A stretch of 64,000 bases of DNA from Antedon mediterranea. Its lineage: Eukaryota; Animalia; Echinodermata. Location of the stretch: contig NC_092674.1 in NCBI RefSeq assembly GCF_964355755.1, positions 19,158,001 through 19,222,000 of the forward strand, in the 5' to 3' direction. Position 1 is the first letter of the stretch. Each line of letters starts with the position of its first letter. Shown here piece by piece: positions 13,175 to 26,981 of the stretch. Both the position numbers and the translations under genes were made by a program. A model generated the notes under the pieces. It was not told the origin of the DNA, made no database searches, and saw only the letters and a program-made list of their open reading frames with translations.

Positions 13175-13660
13175 TTTTAGTCTCTATAGTTCACTATGTC
13201 GATCGGTCTGTCGGTCTGTCGGTCCCTCGGTCTGTCGGTCTGTCTGTCGGTCCGGTATCACTATGCGTTTTATCGCTTTCTGACCTTATCTTGATATCAG
13301 TTTAATCTAGCTAAGTCAATTTTTCACAGTATATTCCTTATGGCCAGGAATCGATGTGGTTATGTTTTCACGGTGCGCAATAAAAAATTACGCGGTCTAC
13401 TCACGATTTAACGAAATCACGTTAGTAATCATATCTTCACAACCATGAATCACAATTAAATAAAATTTGGTACTCATAAAGTTCAGGGCATAAATCATCA
13501 TATGGCAATACAATTACGTGCGTAGCGCATGTAAGGCATGCGTACGCGCGCTTAAAATTTTCAAAATTTATTTTCGATGAAATAAGAGTACGTTTCAGGC
13601 AATTTTAAGCGTTTACAAAATTGCCATGAGTGCACAGATTTTTGCGCGCGCACTGCGTAA
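13175..13660 (+). mobile_element. HINE/DINE-1-like (Helentron-associated) repeat copy
   Basis: tagttcactatgtc + (ggtctgtc)n microsatellite + a body near-identical to 19160-19590. Confidence 0.75.
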
Positions 13661-15779
13661 ATTCCATTTACACAGAAGCGAAAGAATGAAGTAGGGTGTT
13701 TTTAACTCGCTGTTCATTGTGTTAGGGTGTGTGCGTGTGTTAGATATAGGCCAAAGTTAGTGCGTATACAAAGTTGCCTAAGACCCTCTGGGATGTTCTG
13801 TCCTATAGGAGTTTTTGCAAATTTTCCGAGATCGGTTACCATAATTATTATTGAAACTAGAGATTGCTTCGCTCGCTCCCCCTCTAGGAAGTGTAGACGA
13901 TGGTTCTCGGAATGATAATGTTCTCCTTGTACATTTTCTGTCGGTTACCATTATTGAAAATGCTTGACATTCGTAAAATTAAACTACTCTGTTTAACAGG
14001 CAGTGTCTTAGATGATTAATAATATTTTAAAGTATAGTGTTTATTGTTTGGTAGGGCCCTTATAGGGTGGAGGTGGGAAGGCGGAGTTCATTTGAGGGAG
14101 GTGCTTATTCGAGGGATATATGTTATTTTTTTAGTTTTAATAATGTGGTAACATTTATAATCAAATGAAATCCTCTAATAGATATGAAAAGTGGTAAAAA
14201 AGAATAACAAATGCTTGGTAAATTGTATTTAACAGGGCGATGAATTCTACTACAAATAGTATAATTGTGTTATTATAAATGTGGATGGACGTTTATTAGA
14301 TAGTTGGGGTTGGGTGGGGGGGGGGGGGGAGATTATTATTCAAAGTGATGTTTTATTGGAGAGGCGTTTATTCAAATAAATACCATCCTAATAATTAATA
14401 ATACATTATTTAATTTAAACATCTTTTAAAACTAACTGCCGTGACAGAGTTTGCCAGGAAAGAAGACATTACAGCTTGCAACATGGGCAGACATCTCGGT
14501 CCTAACGGAATACAGATAGCCTACTGTTATTCCTGCCAGCTTACTCAATCAACTATCGGGATTTCACTTGATTTTAAACAAAATGTCTTATCATCAAATC
14601 TCCCTATGTAATTTTATAATACTATTCCCCACAATATATTCCGATTCTTTATGGCGTATATTTAGTTTGATCTTTATTAATTTGCAGTATAATTTTTATT
14701 TTTAACTACTGTACCTTCACACGCGCGGTCCGTTCCTAAAATAAACAAAAAACTGAAATGGCTATGACTAAGCTCTAGTCCTACTATCTGTTTTTTTCTT
14801 CCGTCTTCCAAAGAGACACTGTATTGATTGATGGAAAGTGCCTGTTTCCAGTCACCTTTAGGGTCAAATCTATTATTTTAACTGCTCCCTTGCGTATAAA
14901 AGAGAGAAAATAGTTGAAAACAGGTTGTTGCAAGGTGAACTGATCGTAAACCCGGATATTACTTTGACCGCGAAAAATTGAAATTGAGTTGAAAATCTAC
15001 TGTTGAAATCATAAATTTTGTTAAAAAACTCTTTATAATATCTTCCTAAGATAGAAATATGGAACAATAGCGTCGAACTAAAAACTAATGTTATTAAATC
15101 TATGTTTCGCGGTACATCTGAGATAGATAAGGTAGGTATCCAAGTGGAGATTTGTACCGAAGTTTTTCCATTGTGCTCGCCTATTAACCATAATTTATAT
15201 ATAGATGCCTGCTATTCGTAAACTAAAACCTATCTGTTTCTCAATGTCTTAGAGACTAAGATGATGAATATAACAAGTAATGTACAATTTTTTTTTGTTC
15301 GGGGCGGAGTGTTAGAGGATGCGGTGTTTTTTCGAGGAAGGCGTTTAATTAAATTAATAATAATGGAAACATTTCATAATAAAATTAATTCCTCTAGATA
15401 ATGAACAAATACAACACCGTAATTAAATTGTAGATATTTGTCACTTTCAACATAAAGATTCGTTGAGCACTTTTGTATTCGAATGGTAGATTTTAAACGG
15501 ATTGTGCTCAACAGAAAAATCATTCGAATCAAGCTTTTCCGTTAAGAACAATCTCAACTCCCAAAATACTCCGTAAAATAATTAACTCAACGGAAAACCT
15601 ATACTCAACGGTAAAACTCTTAATCGAATACGACAAATGTAATGTTTTATTTGAGTTGAGTGGGCTCGGCGTCGGTGTTATTCCGACGACGATAATTAAT
15701 AGAGATAGTTCAAAGAAACGAACACAGCGATCTGCTATAGTTCAATTATCTTTCCTTTCTTTATCAGCATTTATTAGCT

Positions 15780-17230
15780 AAATGTATTCAGTAGTAATAA
15801 TAAATACAGGACTTTTCCTTGGAGGTTGAAGCTCGACTGACTATCATGTGGGTTCCTCCCTTCTAATGTTACCATCTCCACACACCAATAGGCAGTTTCC
15901 AAAGAGGACTGTTCCATAAATGTAAAAGTCTTAGACGTATCACATTTCTCTACATTTCCCACTATTATCATCATGATTCGTCCCTTGAATCTCCAAATCC
16001 AAAAGATTACATATTTAACACAATACTTAGGCAGAGGATCTACTATGCCTCTGTCATTTCCTTAAGGGATTATTATTCTTGGTGAAATCTTGTTGCCGGA
16101 CGATTCCTTTGAATATCGTGTTGAGTCTTCTTGTTTGGGTTCTGATGAGCCCGATGTATCAGGAATAGAATATGTGTGCGGTTCTATAGAGTTTGCATAC
16201 ACTATCGAATCGTCTAAGTAAATCAATAACTATTTCCACTGCATCCCGTTCAATGCCCGTTCCATAAGTCTTTCGAAGGTGGACGGCGTTCTGCACAGTC
16301 CGAACAGCATAACAGTTACATATAGTGGCCACCTCTTAATTCGAATGCAGTATACTGTTTAGCATTCTCATGCAACTCCAATTGCCAATAACCGGAAAGT
16401 CTAAGATAAAAAACTACTTTTCCCCCCAATGATTATACATCAAGTGAATCGTCAATTCTGGGCAGCGGGGATGCATCGTTGAGATTCAGGTCATCCGAAG
16501 CCTATAATATTCGACACATAATCGTTTAGTTCTATCTTTCATCGAAGCCCAAGGGCTTTCTGTTGGTCACACCTCGTTCTAACAAGTCTTGCACTTGGGT
16601 TTCTACTGTATCTCTGCCTGGTTTGCCATAGATGTCGGCGTGGGGGTTACAGGGGCGGCATTCTTGGTTTTTATATCGTGCTTTACTAGTCCGGTTCGTC
16701 AAAGACCGGCGTCACTGGCAGCAAATATGTCCTGATAATCGCTCAACAACTATAATGGTGATTATACTATAGACCCTTAATGATACGGTCATAAAGTTCC
16801 AGATAACACGATATCATGCAGTTTCTCAATCTATCGTAACTATGTTAGCCAAAATCACTTTATTTTTAGGTCCATCTTTTAGGACAATTAGAAGCGGGAA
16901 TGGTTGAGCATTTGTGTTTACTACAGTTTGGCATACGACAAGGCGCTTTTATTAGAATATAATTTCACTTACAACCCTTCACTCGGATCAAACAATGGTG
17001 CATACAATCTCGTAAATTCTTACTCTTTTGCTTGCATTCGTTCGTCCATAACAGGTTCGGTCCACCTTACCATACCTAGTCTGTCACTTTATCTAGTTCA
17101 CGTTTGGGTGGGCTCTGTCGCCTTCCAACCGTCGAACAAAATGTCTCCGCAGCGGTCACAACCCTTCATTGTGTTCTGGTTCCCCCGATTCCCTTGTTTC
17201 CCTTGTCTGATACTGGGGATTCATTATTAT
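15780..17230 (-). mobile_element. Degenerate Gypsy pol fragment
   Basis: Minus-strand motifs DASPLPRIDDSL, GYWQLELHENAKQYTAF, MLFGLCRTPSTFERLMERALNGMQWK and IYLDD, with frameshifts. Confidence 0.8.
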
Positions 17231-19157
17231 TAGGACGATCTCGTCCACTATTACTAGTGATAAATTAAATTACTAAAAAATTGAACTGCTCATCACTATC
17301 TACTTCCCCTCTTGAGTAGCTCATACATGCTTTCGGTGAGTCGATGGCCGAGCGGTTAAGAAATCACAGATTTACAATCGACACTGGATATATGGAACAA
17401 TATCATAATGGTGAACACGGGAGTAAACACTAATGTTACTAAATCGATAGATAAGTAGGCCTATCCTTGAAGGAAATCCGCACGTTTTCTATTGTGTTCG
17501 CCTATCTCAGAATTAAGCAAAATCTTTTATATATATAATTCGCTCGCGTACCATCTAGGTCGTGCCCACAGATGGTTCTCGAATACACATAGTAATTCCA
17601 GCGTAAAAAACTGGCGATTTCAAGTGCACAGGACTAATGTCGTTTACAGGAACGAACAAATAGACACGGTGATTCCTATGTATCAACTAAAATTAGCACC
17701 CATTGGAATACTTCCAAAAGGAAAACTTGTCACAAATGAGACAAACCCAATTTGTGTTTTGTATGTAACATTAGGGTTGAGGCGTGAAGGAAGAGGATTG
17801 ATGCAAAGAGAAAAAATGTTTAAATATATTCTTTTATCCAGTTAGTATTGAAATATTTGTATCTATTTATCCTCTAAGGGCCCTTTTACCTTCTTGTGAA
17901 ATACCAAATGATTATACAGTACTGGGGGACCGAGACTTGGAATGTTGCATTCATTGCCAAGCAATTATTTTGTATAGGCATAAACGTGTTATTAAATCTA
18001 TCAAAATAGTAAAAAAATAGAGAAAATCGGCTTGTTATCAACATTATGATGCTGTACTCGAGTTGTTTGGCAGGTTTTCAGCTAAGCTAAGTAATTATCG
18101 TAGAAGGAGATAAATTCGAAGCATATATTGTGTGCGGGTATTTTTCAGCATCGACATCCATTAGACACGATCTTAAAACACCCCTATTTTGGGAAAATCG
18201 TTGAACCTAAATTCGTTTTAATCGTCTAATTATTACTGATTATCTAACTCAACTGAATTAGTAAACAGGGTTATGTAGGTGGTTAAAATCATTACCGAAC
18301 GTACGAACCAACTTTATAACCATCGAGTAAAGCGCGATTTACCAAATTTTGCCCTTACGTAAATTTGTATATAGATACTTCATATTTAATTTAAATAGGC
18401 CTATTAATTGTTATCTGTTTTTAATGTAACTTCAATATTTTATAGGCCTTTGTTCAATTATAATCTGTATCTTATTTACGATTACAATAAATATCAATAC
18501 AATAATTAGAGCCAATTTAGGTGTGTTAGGGTAATATACAAAGAACTCACATTATAATCTTAGCTATAAATAGAGGTTTACGTTCAATCCATGGTGGATA
18601 GAATCCCAACCTAGACAGAGCCGATGTACAATTTCTGATTTTAAATTTTAGAAACCATATTTATCATTATTTGCAATTAAGTATTTTGTTTTTTTTTGTT
18701 TACACCGTACCCATTCTAATTCTAGTTTATTCCACAGTTAACTTCTGGCACTTCTAGTCAACTACTAAACTTTCAAAGTATGTTGTAATTGTTGAGCAAC
18801 TGTCACGAACGGCTAGTTCCTTGTTTAAAGATATATTCTCCAAAAAAAAATTTTTTTTTAAATATTTTTGTTGAATATGATGCTATTTCACCGGTGGCCA
18901 TTTTAATGTAGGCCTAATAATGTTTTTCTTTTTTTGATATGTTTGATCAGTATAAATTAGTGTTCAATTAATTTATTATTATTCCTGCATTTTCCTGGTA
19001 CACAGGCGATGACCTGAATTTAAATGTTTTATTGAATAAAGAAAAGTCACACATTTACTTTAACAAAAACTTAGATAAAAAAATAGAATTATTTTACATG
19101 AACAATTTTAATCCAAAGCAAAACAAACATTTGATTGCATATAACCGTTTATTTTGT

Positions 19158-20025
19158 CTTTTTAGTTCACTATGTCGGTCGGTCAGTCTGTCGGTCTGTC
19201 TGTCGGTCCGGTATCACTATGCGTTTTATCGCTTTCTGACCTTATCTTGATATCAGTTTAATCTAGCTAAGTCAATTTTTCACAGTATATTCCTTATGGC
19301 CAGGAATCGATGTGGTTATGTTTTCACGGTGCGCAATAAAAAATTACGTGGTCTACGCACGATTTAACAAAATCACGTTTGTAATCATATCTTCATAACC
19401 ATGAATCACAATTAAATAAAATTTGGTACTCATAAATTTCAGGGCATAAATCATCATATGGCAATACAATTACGTGCGTAGCGCATGTAACGCATGCGTA
19501 CGCGCGCTTAGAATTTTCAAAATTTATTTTCGATGAAATAAGAGTACGTTTCAGGCAATTTTAAGCGTTTACAACATTGCCATGAGTCACAAAGCCACAA
19601 AGTTACGCGCGCACGCGCATTTAAAATTTTAAAATGCGCAAAATTCATTTTTAATCAACTTTCTACGCGTTTCTTGTCATTTTGAGCATGTCAAAAAATT
19701 TTTACGCGCGTGGTGCGCACGTAGCTTTAAATACCTACTTTTTTCGCGTGATTTATGTTTTTGCAGCCTTTTCTAATAATTTTACCATCTTTTAAACAAT
19801 TTCGACTTAAAATTACGTCATACGTGCACGTCGAATTGGATAATTTGCGCACGTTTTTGATGAAAAAGTTAAAAAATTCGTCAAAATTATGCCTTTTTAG
19901 TCGCGTGGACGCGACTATAGTTCACTATGTCGGTCGGTCTGTCTGTCGGTCTGTCTGTCGGTCTGTCTGTCGGTCCGGTATCATTATGCATTGTAGCACG
20001 CGACTTAATGGCTGGTGGCCTTGTT
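19158..20025 (+). mobile_element. HINE/DINE-1-like repeat: long copy plus a short complete copy (19894-20025)
   Basis: The short copy has a 5' hairpin AGTCGCGT-gg-ACGCGACT, a (GTCT/GTCG)n core and a 3' end gcacgcgact...ggccttgtt. Confidence 0.75.
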
Positions 20026-20508
20026 AAGTGAAAAATGGCTTTTGGGGACAATACATCTTTAAACAATCAGGCCTATCGTTTTTAAATACTATTCACAATG
20101 TAAAGTGTTCTGCAATCCTCAAGAATTTCTGTGTGAACATCTTTTACATGAAAAAGAAATGCAACTTCCTTCTCACGCTTTATAAAATTATAAAGTTCTT
20201 ATTGCAATATTTCCTGGACGGAAAATAAAGACGCATTCAGCAATTTAAGCCCCTAGACAAGTAATGAAACCACCAGTATCAATCACATTCAAGTTCTGAA
20301 TATCACGGCCAATATTGATCACATTTTAAAACTTTAAAACGCGTAATTCGTAAGTAATTTGTTCAGGGACATCTTTGAGATTTCATACAAAAATATTATT
20401 AAAAAATATTAACACCCTTAATATATATGAAATTAACAAAGTTCAAACTGCTCTCTGGACCGGAGCTAAATCTTTACTCCTGACCCAAACTCTATACTCA
20501 GACTCGGT

Positions 20509-22955
20509 TTACGCGTTTTCCATCGATAACCTTTGCAAAATCGATTGCATGTCGTTCATTACTTCATTAAAGTAATCCTTTTTTACATAATATAAAATGT
20601 CATAGAAACAGTCTCTGGTACAGATGTATAATGGTAATTTTTTCTTTCAAATACGTTTTAAATGTATCTTTTATTTATTCATCATTAATCGATTTATAAT
20701 TATAATGTTTCCTAATTGGAATCTTAATTTTATGCTTAAATTAATTTGTCTCATGTTGCCACTTTCTTTTTTTCTATGTTCCATTTAAATATTATATGAT
20801 TCTGATACTAATATGAATTGATATAGATTTAGTTCACTTGGTTTTATATACTAATTCACAGTATGTTCCTTGTAGCATGACTTATACTTAGTGTAATTAT
20901 AATATTGGACACATTTGTACCTTTATATCATTTCTTGACTTTTGAATATATTTACCGTATGTTATTTTGTTTAGGCCTTTGTGTGGAAAAACAATACGAA
21001 CAAACAATCATTGAATAAAGAATATTTAATGTCAATTTTGATTATGGCTGGCAGGTAAATGAAGTATTTGCATTAGGCCTAAAGAAACCATTTTTACTTC
21101 TAAATAATTTTAATCGTTCAGCTTATTTTTGTATTAATTAAGACATCGGTAAAAATATTTCTAATAAGGTGTTCACCATGCTAGACCTACCAATGCAATT
21201 GTTCTAACCTTTCCGGGAAAAGAAACCGTGTTTTGATTTTTCTGCAATTAAATAATACAAAATATCACGATGATTTAAAAAAAATAGCTTATAGCCTTGG
21301 CCTATTTGCATTCAACTCATTAATATGCTCGAATATTGATAATTACACCATGCAGGAGATATATACAGATGTATATATTTTCTCCATGATTACACAAGCT
21401 CTAATGATTTTATTCTCTGTCAAATTTTAAAAGCATGCTTCATTTTACATAATACTATCTATGTAATTCAAATACTGTATATATATATTTTTGTAATCAT
21501 ACAGTATTCTATAACCTATTGACCAGTGTTAACTATAATGGTTAAAAGTAAGGCCTCGAAACGAGTGAATTATCAGTTACCGGTATTAGTTTACAAATTA
21601 ACAGCCTGCTGGGTATTCTTGAGACTGTTTGCTACTACAGTATTATTAGGTATACAATTAAAGGGTTAATTTTGAAAATATCTTACTTGCATTTTCGCAG
21701 TTGTCACCCTCATAATTCTTGGAACATTCACAATAGTAAGCTATCTTTTTACCACTACTGATGTCTTCCTTGCACACTCCTCCATTTTGGCATACTAGTA
21801 CATCACCACAATTCGCAATTGTATCTACACCAACAACAAAAAAACAACAACAAAACTTTAGCACAATAAATTTTAGATAAAACTGAGCTAATAAATAGAA
21901 ATAATTTAAGAACATGTTTGCAAATAATTTAACTAAGCAATCACGTCGGATTGCAAAATTTGCCAGGGTTGACTGGCTTAGAGTGTGACAAACCTCACCT
22001 TGTTCGATGTTGCCGACGTCCACCGCATCCATATCAAGCAGAGGTTCATCAATGTCCTCTGAATTCCCAGAAAGAAGAAACAGAATTGTTAGCTTTGGCC
22101 TTAAGTGAGCAGTAAAGGAGTAAATCGTATTCAGAATTACCCTTATTAAACAAAAATGTATTATGGAAGTGAGACTTTATTTTTTTTTAATGGAGGTTTA
22201 TTTCTCTTTCGTCATAGAATACATTCAACAGAGCTTATCTCACTTGTTCCCTGCCTGACTGCACGCCGTCCGAGACCCGATTCGAGTGAAACAATACTGT
22301 TCACTCAAAATTCGTCTTGGTACAGATGGTTTCATAGGCTCTCACCATTAAACCACATTATTACTAAATTACTTAATTATGGCTTCTTAAATTAATATGT
22401 TTGATCTGGAAGATGTCAATGGCAAGCCATTCATCGTCAACTGATATCACTGGAAACATGGCAAAACGTGTGTGCCTAGTTCGGCCAAATCTGCAAACTC
22501 TAAGTTTGCTAGTGTTGACTAGGCTTGGAGTTCAAAACCTCACCTTGTATTTCGATTACGGGTTTGACCCCAGGTTTGACCTCCACCACACCAACATCAG
22601 GTTTGTGCTCAGTAGGAGATTCATCAATGTCTCCTGAATTAAGAAAGAAAAATGATTAACTTTAGCCTAATGATGATGAAATACACGTTACATCGCTTAC
22701 ATAACTTTGTTTAGTTGGTTTGATTCCTGACAAAAAAGGGCATGATTATTATAATATAATAATATTGAAATTTGAGCGAAATCATTTTACTGAAAATGTG
22801 ACCCTTCCCAATCGAATAAACACACGTGTTAACTTCACTATTAAACCTACTACTAAATTAAAAAACACAATTTTACCTTTATCACCTTCATTGCCTACTG
22901 CATACGCTACAAAAGATATTATTACTACAGCAACGAATATCGACGATCGACCCAT
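20509..22955 (-). CDS. Predicted small secreted protein (about 180 aa): signal peptide, two acidic repeat exons and one EGF-like domain
   Basis: Phase-consistent GT-AG exons: 22955-22877 (MGRSSIFVAVVIISFVAYAVGNEGDK), 22633-22544 (DIDESPTEHKP...), 22058-21999 (DIDEPLLDM...), 21824-21687 (EGF CGDVLVCQNGGVC...YYCECSKNYEGDNCE), 21416-21347, 20614-20509 (DCFYDIL...SMENA*). Total 543 nt. The last two exons are less certain. Confidence 0.7.
21687..21824 (-). CDS. EGF-like domain exon (phase 1-1)
   Basis: Six-Cys EGF pattern with CQNGGVC and CEC...YEGDNCE, canonical acceptor and GTAAGA donor. Confidence 0.85.
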
Positions 22956-23779
22956 ATTGATAAATGATAGTAATGACAAGTTGTTCGTTTTACTTATAAC
23001 ATTGATTATTGAAATGTCAATGAATTAATATACAACACATACAATACAATTGATATGTCAATATTTACACAACAAATGGTGTTCACTTAATGCAATGCGC
23101 ATTACATACATTAAAACAATGTTGATTTAAATGCTGTCACGTATAATATGTTGATGAAGTACAGATGTTTTTTATAAACAACTTTTGCGTTATATTCTCG
23201 TAATGATAAGTACTTATTGGTGAGGTATACCACTCATTTAAACGTCATCAACATTTACTATTCTTTCTTTGTTTTCCCGTTCCATGTAGATTTTTCTCAA
23301 CACATACGAGAATTTGCAGTACATAGCGTCGAAAGGAGTTTATTGTTTGGAATCAATTTATTTAATGTTTATATAGGCATATCTCTGTATATTTTATTCA
23401 ACATAAATTATGATACAAACGCAACAAAATTATTTGATATATACAAATATTATGACTATTGCAGCCTAAAGAGCTGAATTGCAATAATAATAATTATGTA
23501 CATTATACAGTTACAAAAAAAATACGAATACACAATATACAAAAAATCGCAGCCCCAAAAAATTTGTAAAACATTGCAATAAAAAACTAGATTAGGAAAA
23601 AAATATCAATTATTGAATTAAATTTTAAAAATAATGAAAGTTTACATTTTTATGTAACATGATGGGGGACCAATCCGTGTTGTATTGAACTTCATCCGTA
23701 TTTTGCTGTTTCACACTATTTTAACAGTGAACTATAAACATCTGAAGTGAAGAGATCGTTTACATCATAATATGACAGG

Positions 23780-24165
23780 GATATTGAGCTTATACAAATC
23801 AATAGTTCGACCAACTTTGGAATATGGTAACAGTTTGATGTCCAATGCATGAAAAAGATGGTGATAAACACTGGAGAAAGTGCAACAGAGAGCTACCAGG
23901 CTTTTACCAGGATTGAATAATCTTAGTTACCATGAGAGGTTAATTCACCTTAAACTTCCAACGTTGGCATATAGAAGGAAACGAGCTGACGTAATTCAAA
24001 TATTTAAAATGTTCAAAGGATTTGAAAATCTTAGTGGAAGTGATTTCTTTGAGCTATACTATGATTCTCAAACTAGAGGTCATAGCCTGAAAAGAAAGAA
24101 AAGTGAAGTCAAGATTGCGACAATTTTCCTTTTCTATTAGAGCAATTAATGATTGGCTTACGTAA
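23780..24165 (+). mobile_element. CR1-type LINE 3' fragment
   Basis: LYKSIVRPTLEYG, LEKVQQRATRLLPGL..LSYHERL..LKLPTLAYRRKRAD...TRGHSLK. Confidence 0.85.
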
Positions 24166-24221
24166 GTTCTCTACAACCTCATGCAAATCAGGGTAATTGT
24201 CTGGAAGAGTTTCGTTTATCT

Positions 24222-24720
24222 AACAAGGCCATATACATGGCTGCAGTCGCGTGCTCAAAGTTAGTGTTTACCGACCGACCGACATAGTGAACTGTGCATC
24301 TGAGTTCACTAGTTTGGGGCATTTTAACCCACAGTATTATGTGTGCATGTGGTGAACCACGCGTCTGAACTCTATTCTTGAAACAGTCACACAACTGGTT
24401 TTGCAGAGGATATCACGGAATAGTAAATCTAACCTATATTGCAATTGTCTTTCAGCTGTAACATGATAGTCACCAACTGGTTTTGCAGAGGACATCACGG
24501 AACAGTAAATCTAACCTATATTGCAATTGTCTTTCAGCTGTAACATGATAGTCACCAACTGGTTTTGCAGAGAGCATCACGGAACAGTAAATCTAACCTA
24601 TATTGAAATTGTCTTGCAGCTGTAACATGATACAGTCACAAGGTGGTTTTGGAGAGGACATCACGGAATAGTATCTGCCGTCGCAGTCAGGCAGACGTTG
24701 ATTAAAATATCTTCGTGTAT
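24222..24720 (-). mobile_element. Helentron relic: HINE-type end joined to Rep (HUH) coding fragments
   Basis: 24222-24296 matches the DINE-like family end. The adjacent minus strand reads RYFNQRL..DGR, HVTAARQFQYRLDLLFRD and RGSPHAHIILWV. Confidence 0.75.
24392..24670. repeat. 82-bp tandem repeat (about 3.4 copies) derived from Helentron Rep CDS
   Basis: caactggttttgcagag at 24392, 24474 and 24556, plus a diverged partial copy at about 24638. Confidence 0.85.
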
Positions 24721-24922
24721 GTATGTGTTTCTTTTACAGAAGTCAGAGCATTATAACCATATAGGATAATTTTGTCTGGATTTGCCAATTCTTGGTATCT
24801 CAATTCAATTCCATTTATTATATAATTTGTATATTAACCTAAATAGAATATTGTGTTGCACTAAGACTACAACACAATAGGAATACAAAAAAAAAAGTAA
24901 AAAAAAACACGACACATCATTC

Positions 24923-25830
24923 TTACTCAAGTAGCTAGGTCAACTTTCGTATGCACTTTGAGGTCCAGAGAATTTGACTTCAGAAAGGTATACATTTATA
25001 TTCAGTCTATAATGAGACATTTTAGTCAAAAAAATGACCGGAAATGCCATTTATGACCTTTGACCCACAACCCAGGGCATGTATGTATCTCCGTAACTAC
25101 TGGTCGTAGACACTTGAATTTGGTTTTAAATTGTTCGAAATATATATTTTGTTATTTGTTACACATTTTTATAAATGTAACAAAAGGTCAGGGTCAATGG
25201 TTATATGAACAAATAAAAAAGGTACTTGTATCTCGGTAACTACTGGTCGCAGCAATGTTGGTCTCAAAATGTTCAGAACGCCTGTATTTATATTCCGGCT
25301 AATGGGGTATTTTAGTCAAAAATGATCAGAAATGCAATATCTGACCTTTGACCAACATACCAGGGCATCTTCATATCTCTGTAAGTACTGGTCGTAGAAA
25401 CTTAAATTTGGTATCAAATTGTTCGAAATATACATATTTACATTCATTGTAATAGAAAATGTGGTTAAAAGATGAACAGAAATACTATTACTAATGTTTC
25501 AAACAAAAAACATATCTCTACACAACTTATCCTTAGATAGTAATGTTATGCAATAACTGATACTTTAAATTTGTTTCAATTTCAAGTACTAGTTATTGCT
25601 GTCTTCGAGGACGATCAAACATTTTTATAGAAACGTCAAGCTCAACAGTTCTTTTCAGAATGCTAGAAGTAACTTGCCATATGTATCCGATTAAATGCCC
25701 CGGGCATTTATTGTTCCAAGGGGATTTTAGGGGGAGGGGAGGCATCTTTATTTGGGGTATAATATCGTAACATGTATAATCAAATAAATACCACCTAGAT
25801 GTAAAAAAACACAGCACAATTAATATCAAA
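24923..25830. repeat. Left arm of an old inverted duplication (right arm 26670-26981 + 37899-38638)
   Basis: gtagctaggtcaactttcgtatgcactttgaggtccagag (24931) is the reverse complement of about 38591-38630. The match continues to 37903 and, across the LINE, into 26690-26890. Confidence 0.85.
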
Positions 25831-26981
25831 AAGTGATAAAATTGTGTCAAAATGCTTGGTAAATTGTAGATTATGGTAGTTAATGAAATGTGTTGTGATA
25901 CAATTATTGTCTAAATGCATGTGGCGGGACGTTTATTCCACATGATGTTCTATTGGAGGGAATGGTGGTGTTTATTTTAGGGAGGCTTTTATTCAAAGCG
26001 GGTGTTTATTCGAATAAATACTCTAATTTTAATAATTATAATCCGTTTCTCAACTGATAAAAGGTACTTTACATGATTCGTTTTTCTCTTTATGCTTTTT
26101 AACGAAATGTTTGTCTTTTAGAATAAAAGTGACACTGTCATAGATTCCATTAAATGGATCTTCTCCTCCAGGTGCCATTATCATTATATAAAACAATGAC
26201 ACATCATTATCCTGACACGATAGCACTCATAATGGATCTTCATTCTATCATCTGTTTGTTTGTGACTACAATTTGACAACAATATTTTGCATATTTTTCA
26301 ATGCCAATACATAGTTTCATTACTATTGTACAATATGTCCAGCTTTCCTGAAAACACCCTTGTGTACTGTAGTACAGTGTTGTAGTATGATTTTATCTGA
26401 TGCTCTTATTGTCAATGCATTCAGTACCTAAAACATGTCAAAGTTTCTAGTGGTATTGATAATAAATCTCAAGAAATATATATTGTTTTATTATCTACAG
26501 TGGGAACAGACGTGTATATGTATAAAGTTTTGTCGGTGACATTCAAAAATATTATGCAACAGTGTTACGGAATAATGACAATGAATTGGTCTATTATAGT
26601 TGTCTCTGATACCTTTTATTACATGATTGTACTTGCACCCAGATAGAATGAGGTTTATTCCAGTTATTATTCTTATTATATTAATTAATTTTTTTTATAT
26701 CTGGGGTGTATTTATTTGATTATACATGTTACCATTATTACACCCAAACAAAATAAACGCCTTCACTGAATAAATAAATACCCGGGCTTTTTATTCGGGT
26801 AACTACGGTAAGTTACTTCTAGCATTCTTAATTGTTGAGCTCGACGTTTCTACCAAAATGTTTGAACGTTCTCGGGGGTCAACAATACTTTCTAGCATTA
26901 TTATAAGCAAAAGTACAATTATTACAAACAGTAAAGGATTTGTTTTAATTCCTATAATGAAACCATTAAAGCATCAGTTAT

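Noticed and set aside
25598-25645. Penelope-type hammerhead ribozyme (gaggacgatc...gaaacgtc)
   Set aside because: It resembles a Penelope-like end, but the CUGANGA core is not intact in either arm copy. At most a dead relic.
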